From a virus (taxonomy: Duplodnaviria; Caudoviricetes): 59,588 nucleotides of DNA. How positions within the stretch are numbered: position 1 is the first letter of the stretch; each line of letters begins with the position of its first letter. The stretch is from the IMG/VR virus record IMGVR_UViG_3300035195_000305, positions 1 through 59,588 of that record. One strand, given 5' to 3'. Below, piece after piece: positions 47,084-56,150 of this stretch. A program made the translations under genes and the position numbers. The notes beneath the pieces were generated by a model. It ran no database searches. It saw only the letters and a list, made by a program, of their open reading frames with translations, and was not told where the DNA came from.

Positions 47084-48317
47084 TGGACAAATTTATAAAT
47101 TTTCTTCTAAAGTGAGTAAGCGTGTAATCCTTCTTTTTAACTACAGCTTTATAAATATCTTTTTCTATACCTCCTTTACTAAATATCCAGTATACATCAT
47201 TCTTTAATCTATCTTTAGTTGTCATACGATCTCTTGATTGCCAATAAGATGTGGCACTAAAGTCAATATTATAGTACACCAACGCATTAGCTTTTCGCAA
47301 ACTAATACCTTCTCTTCCACTTACAATTTGAAGTGCTATATTTTTATTAGTGGTATTAAAACAATCTAAGTCCGTACATATTTCATCTCCAAAAACTTCT
47401 TTAATAGCATTTAATTCTTCCTTAAACTTATAAAAGATACCTATCTTAAATCCTTTGAATGTTTTATTTATAAACTCAGCCTTACTTAAGTCCAGTACCA
47501 TAGAGTTTCCGCTCTCAAATTTTATAGTTCCGCTACACATTTGATGAACCTTAGTCATTAGTTTTACTGAGGTATCCGCAAGTATTACTTCACTCTCTCC
47601 TTCTACAACTAAATCTTTTTTTAATTTATTAATTAAATTAATTGTTTCTGGTTTAATATCAACCTCTAAAATATGTTCAGTAGTTTCCACTATGAATCCA
47701 GCTTCTTTTTGGCTAAAGTTGATAGTATAAAGAGACATATCTTCTATTATTTTTTTACTTCCTTTAGAATAGTCGTTAATATAGAGTCCTCCTATTTTTT
47801 TTTGTGATACCTTAACATATTCTTTAGCAAATTTATAGAAGTTTTTATACTGACTAAAAGGGTTGTTGGGTATAAAGTATACTTGATGAAACATTTGAGA
47901 ATACGACTCAGGAGTAGGAGTTCCGCTTAGTAACATAACATAAGGTTTTGATCTCGCTATAATGTTAGATACTTTTTTTGATCTACCGCTTGGTTTTGGA
48001 AATGCTCCCATACCATGAGCCTCATCACATATTACTACGTCCCATCCAGTCTGTTTTACTTTGTGTAATGATTCATAATTAATAACCTGTAACTCAAAGT
48101 CAGGATAAAGCAATTCATAATCATTTTCTATACTGGAAATAGCTTTCTTTTTAGTTATAAATAAAACTTTTTTTATATTTAGGTTTTCACATATACCTAA
48201 GCTTGTTAAGGTTTTACCAGTTCTAACTTCCATTGCTAAATAAAGAAACTTATTCTTTTTTATTATGACTAACCCATTAGATATGATGTCTTTTTGATAG
48301 TCTCTAAACTCTATCAT
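47076..48317 (-). CDS. SNF2-like / superfamily 2 helicase
   Basis: FRDYQ, MEVRTGKT, INYESL, CDEAH, LSGTP, SGREGISL, QSRDR. Confidence 0.88.
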   Translation of the reverse strand: MIEFRDYQKDIISNGLVIIKKNKFLYLAMEVRTGKTLTSLGICENLNIKKVLFITKKKAISSIENDYELLYPDFELQVINYESLHKVKQTGWDVVICDEAHGMGAFPKPSGRSKKVSNIIARSKPYVMLLSGTPTPESYSQMFHQVYFIPNNPFSQYKNFYKFAKEYVKVSQKKIGGLYINDYSKGSKKIIEDMSLYTINFSQKEAGFIVETTEHILEVDIKPETINLINKLKKDLVVEGESEVILADTSVKLMTKVHQMCSGTIKFESGNSMVLDLSKAEFINKTFKGFKIGIFYKFKEELNAIKEVFGDEICTDLDCFNTTNKNIALQIVSGREGISLRKANALVYYNIDFSATSYWQSRDRMTTKDRLKNDVYWIFSKGGIEKDIYKAVVKKKDYTLTHFRRKFINLSSD

Positions 48318-50716
48318 ATATCTATGGATGTTTGCTTTTCTTTCTTTATAAATTCAATCCATTTTCCTATCATATCTCTACCCTCTAAAGGATAGCACTC
48401 ATATTTATACTGAGAAAAAGATGATAGCCATTTTCCAAATCTAACTCTGCTTACAGCCATTCTTGATTTAGGAGCATAATCAGGATATTCATTAGTAAAA
48501 TCAAGATACAAATCATTTATTTTAATTCTATCTCCTGGAACTAACTTAGAGTTTGCACTTCCCCCTATTACTCCACACCACTCAATAAACTCGTGAGATG
48601 TTTCGGCAGAAAATTGTCTTGCTTTTAAGTTAACAAAATCACTTTTTAATAATCCTTTTTCTAAATATAGTTGCAGATTTTTTATCATATAATTATCAAA
48701 TTGACACCAGTCATTATCATCCCACTCTCCAAACATAAGTTTACTAAACTCTACAAGAGGTGTAAACTCTTTGGTATAAAATTGACTTAATTCTAATTCC
48801 CATTTTCTTCTTTCAAAAGAAGATCCTTTTCCTTTTATTGCGTAGTTAGTAGTTATAGCTACTTTAGGAGATTTGCTAAATGGTATTTTTATTGCATCTT
48901 TATTCTTCTTTTCAAGAGTTAATCCTTCAGTTACCACACTAAATAATCTTTCAAAGTCAAAGTGTTTCTTAACATCATCAAAACAAAGTATTTGAGTATC
49001 AGCAGAAACTAATTGATAAGCAAATGATTTTTCAAAGTTAAATGATTTACCATCTATAACAACTAACTTTTTCATGTGAGATAATCCGGTCATAAACAAT
49101 CCTTTTCCAGTACCACCTTCAGGGTTGTCTGATATAACCTCATCATTAAGTATGGTGGCTGGGCAGTAAGATAAATTTTTCCATCCATGTAGTAAATAAC
49201 CTATAGTAGATTCCATTGATTTGGTTCTTTTTTCAGTACCCCCACTAATATTATTGATAAAAGTTTTATAATCACAATCAGTAATTTCACATATATCAAA
49301 CACTCTGTTTATTACATGATCCTTCCAAACATAACCTCCTAAGTCTAAGTAATCAATAGGTATAACCTCATCTTTAGTTATTTTAACTGCACAATTTTTG
49401 TAGTATAAATAAGCAGTGCTTTTATTGTCGGCAATAAAATAAACATTAATAGAAGATAATAAAGTTAAGAACTCCTCTCTAAAATATCTAACTTGATCTG
49501 CAAAGTAATTATAAACTGATATATCATCTATATCTAACAAGTAATTTAAGATAAAATCTTTAATTTCTTTTTCTGAAGTATGGTCTATCAGGTTGTTAGT
49601 TACTTTAACAAATACGTAGTTCTTACTTCCTTCAGGGTTAAACTTGTAAAAACCATTATCTTCTAAAAACTTTTTAAAAGATATATGTACAATCTTTACT
49701 ACTCCCTTTTCTGATTTGCTCCAAAACTTTTGTTTATCCTGTTCTTCCTCCAGCCTCCTAATAACATTATCTATAACGCTGTCCTCTACTTCAGAGCTAT
49801 CTTCTATATGAGATTTTATTTCCCCTTTAGACACGCCCTTTCTTAATTTAGACTTAACCTCATTTACTCTTTCTTCATCTTCATAATATTTAGTTCCAAA
49901 ATTCTGGACTTGTTTATATGCTGAACTAATCGTTCTTTTAATTTCATTTTGAGAAAAGTCTTTACTTACAAAATTATTCATTATGTATTCAGCTAAAGTT
50001 CTATTAACTCCAAAATCATTAAACGCTGAAGCCAGTATATATACATTATTATTTCTCTCTCCACTATTTAATCCATACTTCCTTTCCCACCACTTCATTA
50101 GTATATCTACTATTTTATTTTCATCAGTTATAGGTATAGTTTGTATGTCTTTGTGTTTTACTACCTCTTGATATTCTTGCTCTATAATTTGATTAAAAAT
50201 ACTGGATTGTTCATTAATATGAATTAAAGGATCATAGCTTTCATAACATACTCTTGATATATTTTTACAAGATATATCAAAGTAATCACTATCATAATGA
50301 TGTTGTAATGAATTAAAAAATTGCTTATGAGTTTCCGCCTCAGCTGGTATCTTTACTAATACTTTTAATCCTAATCCGCTGGGTGAAATGAAACATGAAT
50401 ATGTGTATCTATCTTTTGTTATATTTTCTTTTTCTTCCAGTAATTCTTTTTCAGATGGAAAGTTGTCAAAATCCAAACATATAAGACCACTATGCTCAGT
50501 GATAGATGCATCATTTCTTTTTGTAAATTTACCACTAAAACATACTGCTGGTAATGATTGCTTTAATTTATTTCTTATTTCTTTGTCTTTCTCTCCCCTT
50601 ATTGATTTTACTATGTCTTTGGATGCTCCTACTTGAATTCTTTCTAATATCCTTGATACATCTCTATAAAAAGGTTGAGAAGTATCTTTAATGTCTTTAA
50701 ATATGGTTATTTCCAT
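48314..50716 (-). CDS. Primase-helicase (VirE-N/BT4734-like N-terminus, PriCT-like region, SF3-type ATPase)
   Basis: SGLICLDFD, FISPSGLGLK, GERNN, GGTGKG Walker A, FDD Walker B, ITTN. Confidence 0.88.
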   Translation of the reverse strand: MEITIFKDIKDTSQPFYRDVSRILERIQVGASKDIVKSIRGEKDKEIRNKLKQSLPAVCFSGKFTKRNDASITEHSGLICLDFDNFPSEKELLEEKENITKDRYTYSCFISPSGLGLKVLVKIPAEAETHKQFFNSLQHHYDSDYFDISCKNISRVCYESYDPLIHINEQSSIFNQIIEQEYQEVVKHKDIQTIPITDENKIVDILMKWWERKYGLNSGERNNNVYILASAFNDFGVNRTLAEYIMNNFVSKDFSQNEIKRTISSAYKQVQNFGTKYYEDEERVNEVKSKLRKGVSKGEIKSHIEDSSEVEDSVIDNVIRRLEEEQDKQKFWSKSEKGVVKIVHISFKKFLEDNGFYKFNPEGSKNYVFVKVTNNLIDHTSEKEIKDFILNYLLDIDDISVYNYFADQVRYFREEFLTLLSSINVYFIADNKSTAYLYYKNCAVKITKDEVIPIDYLDLGGYVWKDHVINRVFDICEITDCDYKTFINNISGGTEKRTKSMESTIGYLLHGWKNLSYCPATILNDEVISDNPEGGTGKGLFMTGLSHMKKLVVIDGKSFNFEKSFAYQLVSADTQILCFDDVKKHFDFERLFSVVTEGLTLEKKNKDAIKIPFSKSPKVAITTNYAIKGKGSSFERRKWELELSQFYTKEFTPLVEFSKLMFGEWDDNDWCQFDNYMIKNLQLYLEKGLLKSDFVNLKARQFSAETSHEFIEWCGVIGGSANSKLVPGDRIKINDLYLDFTNEYPDYAPKSRMAVSRVRFGKWLSSFSQYKYECYPLEGRDMIGKWIEFIKKEKQTSIDI

Positions 50717-50910
50717 TGTTTATGTTGATTTTATGTTGATTTTATGTCAGTTTTATTTTTACTTTTTATCTAATTACTTCTTATATTCTTTTTATTTATG
50801 TTAATATGTTAATAATATATATATATAAAATAATAAAAGAATATGTATATATTAATATGTTACTAATAGTCTGTTTATAAACCTTAAACTTAACATGTCA
50901 ACATATATTA
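50717..50910. other. AT-rich origin-like element B, upstream of primase-helicase
   Basis: TATGTTGATTT tandem copies, TATGTTAATATGTTAA at 50797-50812, (TA)n, AACAT at 50892, ACATATATTA at 50901. Confidence 0.6.
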
Positions 50911-50914
50911 ATGC

Positions 50915-50940
50915 AAAAGAAAAGGGGCGAGAAGCCCCTC
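50915..50940 (-). terminator. Intrinsic terminator (- strand)
   Basis: Minus strand AGGGGC-ttctc-GCCCCT followed by TTTCTTTT. Confidence 0.75.
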
Positions 50941-50960
50941 TTCATTGCGTTAAACTTAAT

Positions 50961-51215
50961 TTAGAAAGGTAGATCCTCTTCTTTTGGAGTTTCTTTCTTA
51001 GGTTCAGGCTTATAGGTGTCTACTGCTAAGTAATGTGTTTTACCATACTCATCAGCACCATCTTTTTTAGCCGATACATTTAGCTTGATATACTTTTTCC
51101 CGTTGTATTCAAACATGTGTTCTTGAGGTAAGTCTGTTAAACATACGCTACATGAGATTAAGTTCCCATCAAACTTGGAAACTCCGTTTCCTACATAGAT
51201 TTTTTCTTCTGCCAT
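50961..51215 (-). CDS. Single-stranded DNA-binding-like protein
   Basis: 84 aa ending in acidic EEDLPF tail; near annealase and exonuclease. Confidence 0.6.
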   Translation of the reverse strand: MAEEKIYVGNGVSKFDGNLISCSVCLTDLPQEHMFEYNGKKYIKLNVSAKKDGADEYGKTHYLAVDTYKPEPKKETPKEEDLPF

Positions 51216-51218
51216 GAT

Positions 51219-51383
51219 TTAATTTTTATAAATTATTTTTTCCAACTGATTCATTGTAGCCTCCATGAGATTATCCCTTTCGGCTTGAGTATTGAGGTCG
51301 GTTGGAATTTGCAACCACACTACTCTTTCTTTTTTATTAAAGTATTTCTTTAATGATGTAATTTTCAATATCTTCTTTAGCAT
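51219..51383 (-). CDS. 54-aa hypothetical protein (not in ORF track)
   Basis: MLKKILKITSLKKYFNKKERVVWLQIPTDLNTQAERDNLMEATMNQLEKIIYKN fills gap, starts inside exonuclease 3' end. Confidence 0.5.
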   Translation of the reverse strand: MLKKILKITSLKKYFNKKERVVWLQIPTDLNTQAERDNLMEATMNQLEKIIYKN

Positions 51384-52071
51384 CTTTACTATAAAATTTG
51401 TTATACACTTCTATTGCTTTTTCTACTTTTTCCTTACCATTAGATAAGAATGTTTGTGAGGGATGATATATTCCTAACTCCAATGTACTTTTATCTACTA
51501 CATAAAATGCAACTGGCTTATCAAAGAATTGTTGATATAAGTACGCTTGACTATCATAGTTATATTTTCTTGCACTATATTTAAAGTCTTTAATATTTCC
51601 TGTTGTTTTAAGATCTATAATAAAATCTTTGGCAACAATATCAGCTTTACCTTTCCACATCATACCCATAACCTCATGTATTGCTGGTACTTCAAACTTA
51701 TTATCAGTATCATATATGTCCTCAAAAAACTCTAAATTATTTTTCATAACGCTTATAGCCTTATCAATTTCTATTTTCTCTTTTGACAACATCATAAGTG
51801 GGCGTTTATAGTGTAATAATTCCTCTTTGTATTTTTTTGTATTTCTACTGGAGGCATCTATAACCCAAAACTCTACATTATCTATTTTCTCTGGCTCTAA
51901 CATTGCAGTGTGAAAATATCTCCCAACTAACATTGGTTTTGTAAAGTCTTTAGGTTTTCTAAAACTTTTAGGATCATTCAATAGGTTTATAATATCAGAG
52001 TTAGATAAGAAGTTTCTTCCAAACTCTCCATAATAATGATCATCATCTTTTAATTTTTCTAAATCAGTCAT
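51337..52071 (-). CDS. PD-(D/E)XK exonuclease (RecE/DUF3799-like)
   Basis: LSNSDI...GRYFHTAMLEP...KGKAD...IIDLKTT...YDSQAYLY. Confidence 0.88.
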   Translation of the reverse strand: MTDLEKLKDDDHYYGEFGRNFLSNSDIINLLNDPKSFRKPKDFTKPMLVGRYFHTAMLEPEKIDNVEFWVIDASSRNTKKYKEELLHYKRPLMMLSKEKIEIDKAISVMKNNLEFFEDIYDTDNKFEVPAIHEVMGMMWKGKADIVAKDFIIDLKTTGNIKDFKYSARKYNYDSQAYLYQQFFDKPVAFYVVDKSTLELGIYHPSQTFLSNGKEKVEKAIEVYNKFYSKDAKEDIENYIIKEIL

Positions 52072-52073
52072 AT

Positions 52074-52682
52074 CTATTTAATGTGTTTAGATATTTCCTT
52101 TTTTACCAGTGGCTTAATTTTGTATTTAACCTCTAAGTTTTTTACAATTTTAGGTAATCCAAGATCTTTATTGTCCGCTACATATTTCAATACCTTAGTA
52201 AAGTTTTCATCTCCTATATTTAACTCAACATGAGTAGGCTTACTTGGTACTGGAGTTTTACTTACCGGTGTTGATGTATGCACTACTAATGATGTATCTT
52301 CCCCTATCCATAAACTTAAACCTAATCCATGCATAGCTATTGCCTTAGCAGTAGATCTTTGTATTGCAGTATTTACATCCATTGAGGAAACTTTTTCAAT
52401 AGAAATAGAATTATTTCTATAATCCATTACTGGCAAATAATCTATATGTTCCATATCACTAATAGTTATACCTACTTTTACATAAGCAGTTTTACCATCA
52501 GTAAAAAAGTTTAATCCAGTATGTTCACTTTCATATACTTTTCTTTGTGCATTAGGATATTCGTTTTTAATCATACTCCAAGCAGTTGCCCAAGATAGAT
52601 AGCTAAATTTCCCTTTCTTTTCAGTTTTATCCTTTACAGATATGGATGATAAATCCTTAAAGATGTTCTTCTTTTTTTCCAT
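52074..52682 (-). CDS. Sak-like single-strand annealing protein (DUF1071-like)
   Basis: EKKGKFSYLSWATAW...LPVMDYRN...NTAIQRSTAKAIAMHGLGLSLWIGED. Confidence 0.88.
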   Translation of the reverse strand: MEKKKNIFKDLSSISVKDKTEKKGKFSYLSWATAWSMIKNEYPNAQRKVYESEHTGLNFFTDGKTAYVKVGITISDMEHIDYLPVMDYRNNSISIEKVSSMDVNTAIQRSTAKAIAMHGLGLSLWIGEDTSLVVHTSTPVSKTPVPSKPTHVELNIGDENFTKVLKYVADNKDLGLPKIVKNLEVKYKIKPLVKKEISKHIK

Positions 52683-53079
52683 TTGATTTAATTTTATTTA
52701 ATTTAAGTTGTTGTTGTGAATACTTTATTAGTAGCTTATCTCTACTATTTTTTAATTTTTGTATATGCTTATCGTTTTTTCTTGAGTTTACTTCCATCCT
52801 CATTTTATACTCTACAAGATCCAGTTTTCTTTTGCAATTATACATAGATAGCAGAATACATCCTCTTACCCATCCATTAATGTAAAATAGTTCATACTCT
52901 TCCTCACTACATTCTGAGAAATAATCTCCAGATTTATTGCAATTTAATATCTCTATTTTAGATGGGAATTTTTGGAGTTTAGCACCTCTATTTATTATAC
53001 TAAATCCATTTGTAAGTTTATTTTTAATTGCCCCCTGATCCTCTAAAGATTGTGTGTAAATTTCTTCTAAACTATACAC
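52657..53079 (-). CDS. Hypothetical protein
   Basis: 140 aa. Confidence 0.7.
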   Translation of the reverse strand: MYSLEEIYTQSLEDQGAIKNKLTNGFSIINRGAKLQKFPSKIEILNCNKSGDYFSECSEEEYELFYINGWVRGCILLSMYNCKRKLDLVEYKMRMEVNSRKNDKHIQKLKNSRDKLLIKYSQQQLKLNKIKSNGKKEEHL

Positions 53080-53365
53080 CTTGTATGTCAGAAATAAGTT
53101 TTTTAAAATCCTTATCCGTATCTATAAGTGCTTTCGCTTTTTTATATCCATGTATAATTGTAGAATGACAAACGCTATACCCTTGTTCTTCCATAAACCT
53201 TTGTATATATGAAATTCTAATAGGGCGTTCCATACATAAATAGTAAAGCATTTGTCTTGCATCTACTATTTCTCTCTTCTTTGTTCTATCAAACATTTGA
53301 TCTAATGTTAGATGAAACTGGGTGGCAATAGCATTGGCATATTGCTCAAATATATCTTTTTTCAT
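53072..53365 (-). CDS. DnaA domain IV-like HTH protein
   Basis: RTKKREIVDARQMLYYLC...HSTIIHGYKK. Confidence 0.8.
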   Translation of the reverse strand: MKKDIFEQYANAIATQFHLTLDQMFDRTKKREIVDARQMLYYLCMERPIRISYIQRFMEEQGYSVCHSTIIHGYKKAKALIDTDKDFKKLISDIQGV

Positions 53366-53385
53366 ATTTAATTTAATTTAGGTCG

Positions 53386-53417
53386 CTAAGATAATACTTT
53401 AGTATTACTTTACCAAA
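53386..53417 (-). promoter_or_regulatory. Promoter TTTG-N20-TATCTTAG driving the replication module
   Basis: Bacteroidota -33/-7 spacing with one mismatch in the -7 box. Confidence 0.65.
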
Positions 53418-53463
53418 TTATGTTTAACTTATTTTTATTTCTTTTTTTACCCATTTTGGGGAT

Positions 53464-53772
53464 TTATTCCCCATTTTGGGAATTATGTATAGAATAATCA
53501 ATTTTTTTCCACGCATCTTTTTTAATCTGAACTCTATATAATATAAGATATCCAATTAAGTCAAGCATTGTATCCTCTGTTTGATCGTTAATTCCCACTT
53601 GCTTGATTCTGCTTAGCTTATCATCTATCCTCGCCAGTATTCCTTCCTTAGCAGATAGTTTTGAAAATATCTGTGGAGGATCATTTGCAGTATCTCCGTA
53701 TGCCTTGTTCTTTTCCAGTAATAAATCTATTACCTCTTTACCTATTTGTTTTATTAAGTAGTCTGTTTTCAT
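53464..53772 (-). CDS. Nucleotide-modification-associated domain 1 (Nmad1/DUF1599-like)
   Basis: LLEKNKAYGD...ARIDDKLSRI...EDTMLDLIGYLIL. Confidence 0.8.
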   Translation of the reverse strand: MKTDYLIKQIGKEVIDLLLEKNKAYGDTANDPPQIFSKLSAKEGILARIDDKLSRIKQVGINDQTEDTMLDLIGYLILYRVQIKKDAWKKIDYSIHNSQNGE

Positions 53773-53773
53773 A

Positions 53774-53923
53774 TTATTTTGTATATATTATAACCATTTC
53801 TATCTCGCACTCTTCATTAGTGCATTTATGATTTGAAACTATGCCATTACCCTCTTCTCCATAATCCTCAGCATCATGTTCGCCACCCCATAATAATTCT
53901 TTTTCACATTTTGGACATTTCAT
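53774..53923 (-). CDS. 49-aa zinc-ribbon protein (not in ORF track)
   Basis: MKCPKCEKELLWGGEHD...HKCTNEECEIEMVIIYTK fills gap. Confidence 0.75.
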   Translation of the reverse strand: MKCPKCEKELLWGGEHDAEDYGEEGNGIVSNHKCTNEECEIEMVIIYTK

Positions 53924-53927
53924 ATTA

Positions 53928-54125
53928 TTATATTTTTTTAGGTATTTGTAATATCAAAGCTATGTATAAATTTTTATACTCATCATACATCTCATTATAG
54001 AAATCTTCCGCCTCTTCAGTAAAACCCCCATCTCCATCTATATAAGCAAAGCCTCCAAAATTTATTTCAGTTATTTGAGTAGCAAGTTCATCTATAAACT
54101 CCATCTCGTTTGGTTTCATATTCAT
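53928..54125 (-). CDS. Acidic hypothetical protein
   Basis: 65 aa. Confidence 0.7.
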   Translation of the reverse strand: MNMKPNEMEFIDELATQITEINFGGFAYIDGDGGFTEEAEDFYNEMYDEYKNLYIALILQIPKKI

Positions 54126-54130
54126 TTTAT

Positions 54131-54481
54131 TTAATCTATTAAGTTAATTTCACTAATTTGTTCTACATACTCATAAGGATCTCCTATCTCAGAATGTATT
54201 TCTCCATCTTCTCCTAATCCTATACAAAATACTCCTGATGGAATTATACCTCTATCATTATTTACTTTCTCTAACCAATCAACAATCTCTTTACACCAAT
54301 CATCTGACTCGTACCATTTAATATAATCAAATGTATAAAACTTCGTTGTATCTTCTACTATTTTTAGATAATCTCCATCCGGTTTATCTACTGGAAACTT
54401 GTGTTTCCTTAGTATGTTATCAAACTCATCTGATAATTCGCCATTTTTTACTCCAATAATTACTTTACTTCTGTATCCCAT
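54131..54481 (-). CDS. Hypothetical early protein
   Basis: 116 aa; MGYRS...IKWY...IGLGED; starts 23 nt after predicted hammerhead cut. Confidence 0.8.
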   Translation of the reverse strand: MGYRSKVIIGVKNGELSDEFDNILRKHKFPVDKPDGDYLKIVEDTTKFYTFDYIKWYESDDWCKEIVDWLEKVNNDRGIIPSGVFCIGLGEDGEIHSEIGDPYEYVEQISEINLID

Positions 54482-54498
54482 TTTATTTAATTTAAGTT

Positions 54499-54552
54499 TA
54501 TACTGACTACTCCTAAGAGTAGTTTCGACTATTAAAGTCTCATCAGAGTATA
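54499..54552 (-). ncRNA. Type I hammerhead ribozyme HH-A
   Basis: UAUACU CUGAUGA GACU-UUAAU-AGUC GAA ACUACUC-UUAG-GAGUAGU C^AGUAUA: full core and three perfect stems. Confidence 0.93.
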
Positions 54553-54553
54553 T

Positions 54554-54817
54554 TTATAAGTGTCCTCCATATCCATCGGGACATTGAAATCTCCATTCAC
54601 TATCGCTTTCAGACTCATTCATTCCATCATAATCATATACCCCACTTCCAAACTCATATTCTGACTTTTCAAACTTTGCATCCATTTTCGCACCCCATAA
54701 CGACTCGTGATCATTTATCCAATCCATCATGTCATCTTCTTTAATGTTATTAGGTACTTTAATTTCTATTTCAGTAAACTTGTGGTATACTGATCGTTGT
54801 TGTATTTTTACTTTCAT
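54554..54817 (-). CDS. Hypothetical early protein
   Basis: 87 aa; stop 1 nt before hammerhead. Confidence 0.75.
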   Translation of the reverse strand: MKVKIQQRSVYHKFTEIEIKVPNNIKEDDMMDWINDHESLWGAKMDAKFEKSEYEFGSGVYDYDGMNESESDSEWRFQCPDGYGGHL

Positions 54818-54824
54818 AATTATT

Positions 54825-55064
54825 TTATTTATTTTCTACACTACACATTACAACTACACTATCATCTAATTTAGATAGTTCGTTTTCAAATTCTTCTGCC
54901 ATCATTTCAAAGTCATAAGTTATACTACCATCTTCATTTCTTATGTAAGATGTTGTTAATACAATTTGGTTTACTGCAATTTCTCTTTCCATTTTTTTGT
55001 TTTTATTTAATTGATAATCGTGGATATACTTTATCCATTTATTGTATGTTAGTTTTCTATTCAT
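54825..55064 (-). CDS. Hypothetical protein
   Basis: 79 aa; start uncertain. Confidence 0.6.
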   Translation of the reverse strand: MNRKLTYNKWIKYIHDYQLNKNKKMEREIAVNQIVLTTSYIRNEDGSITYDFEMMAEEFENELSKLDDSVVVMCSVENK

Positions 55065-55269
55065 CTCTCGTGTCTTCTAAGTGGTTTTCTCTTTGTATAG
55101 CTATATATTCGTATTCCTCAATATCTTCACAATACTCATTACATTCACTGCATAGTAATTTATCCTCATCATACATTTCACTATACACTTCCTCATATTC
55201 TGATCCACAACACTTGCTTACCATCTCAGTATAGTCGGGTGTTGCTAATTTCCAGTTATCATAATTCAT
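55057..55269 (-). CDS. Small Cys-containing (zinc-binding?) protein
   Basis: SKCCG...CSECNEYC. Confidence 0.7.
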   Translation of the reverse strand: MNYDNWKLATPDYTEMVSKCCGSEYEEVYSEMYDEDKLLCSECNEYCEDIEEYEYIAIQRENHLEDTRDE

Positions 55270-55976
55270 TACGCTATTTCTAATTGATTAGTATCTCTTA
55301 ATTCATCTTTTGCACTTTCTAATGTTTTTCCTAAAAATTCGTTAGAGTAGTCTAAATAATATCCTACTCCATCATCAAAATTAGGGTGCTTGTCAATTAG
55401 TTTTGTAATAGTATAGGTATAATTATCTTTAGTATTTATCTCTTCTATTTCCTCCCAAGATGGCTCATCATAATCACATCTATTTATCTCTTCCCCATCT
55501 TCAAAATCTCTTTCTCCTCCCCATCCAGTCTCTTCTTCAAACCAATAATGGAATGATGGAAAGTCTTTAGCAAACATTTCTATTATATCATCTCCAATAG
55601 TACTCCAAGCTGATGTAAATTTTATTACATCATCATCTATTTCAAAATCATAATCTCCCCATTTTGTATTCCAATTAGTTAAAGCCCATTCATACCAGTT
55701 ATTTGATCCCCACAATTTAATATAGTGTTCGGACATTTTTTTAGTTAGATACTTACTTCTCATAACATCTTTAGTAGCTTGTTTATTTTTTAATTCTTGC
55801 TCCTTATGTTCTTCTTCAGTTATTATTACCATAGGGCTTGAGGTGTTTTCCATTGCTACCGGCATAGGCTTATAGTATCTGCAAATCCCCCCTACTTTTT
55901 CTATTTGCTTTAATATACTTTTTTGTTTTCCAGTGGTATCAGATAATGATATCCCACAATATACGTGATTAGGCAT
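55269..55976 (-). CDS. DUF1281/YubB C-terminal ferredoxin-like domain protein
   Basis: MPNH...PMP...NWYEWALTNWNTKW...FTSAWS...FEEE. Confidence 0.75.
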   Translation of the reverse strand: MPNHVYCGISLSDTTGKQKSILKQIEKVGGICRYYKPMPVAMENTSSPMVIITEEEHKEQELKNKQATKDVMRSKYLTKKMSEHYIKLWGSNNWYEWALTNWNTKWGDYDFEIDDDVIKFTSAWSTIGDDIIEMFAKDFPSFHYWFEEETGWGGERDFEDGEEINRCDYDEPSWEEIEEINTKDNYTYTITKLIDKHPNFDDGVGYYLDYSNEFLGKTLESAKDELRDTNQLEIA

Positions 55977-55997
55977 AATTTAATTTAATTTTAGTTA

Positions 55998-56123
55998 TTA
56001 TTTATTTGATTTAGTGTATATCATCTCATCTAACCATCTCATATACATAAAGTCTTGTTTATTTAATGGCTTTCTTAATTCTATCTTTAAGCATTCTATA
56101 TAAAAGTTAGTGTCTTTTTTCAT
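55998..56123 (-). CDS. 41-aa hypothetical protein (not in ORF track)
   Basis: MKKDTNFYIECLKIELRKPLNKQDFMYMRWLDEMIYTKSNK with AAATAGATATG start context. Confidence 0.6.
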   Translation of the reverse strand: MKKDTNFYIECLKIELRKPLNKQDFMYMRWLDEMIYTKSNK

Positions 56124-56150
56124 ATCTATTTAATTTTATTAATTTCTATT

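Noticed and set aside
51240-51330. Relatively GC-rich gap considered as tRNA or ncRNA
   Set aside because: No cloverleaf or T-loop motif; covered by a plausible 54-aa ORF (51219-51383)
53450-53480. CCCATTTTGGG direct repeat with TGGGGA/TCCCCA hairpin at the Nmad1 stop
   Set aside because: Probably a small local duplication; no U-tract on the coding strand and no other copies seen
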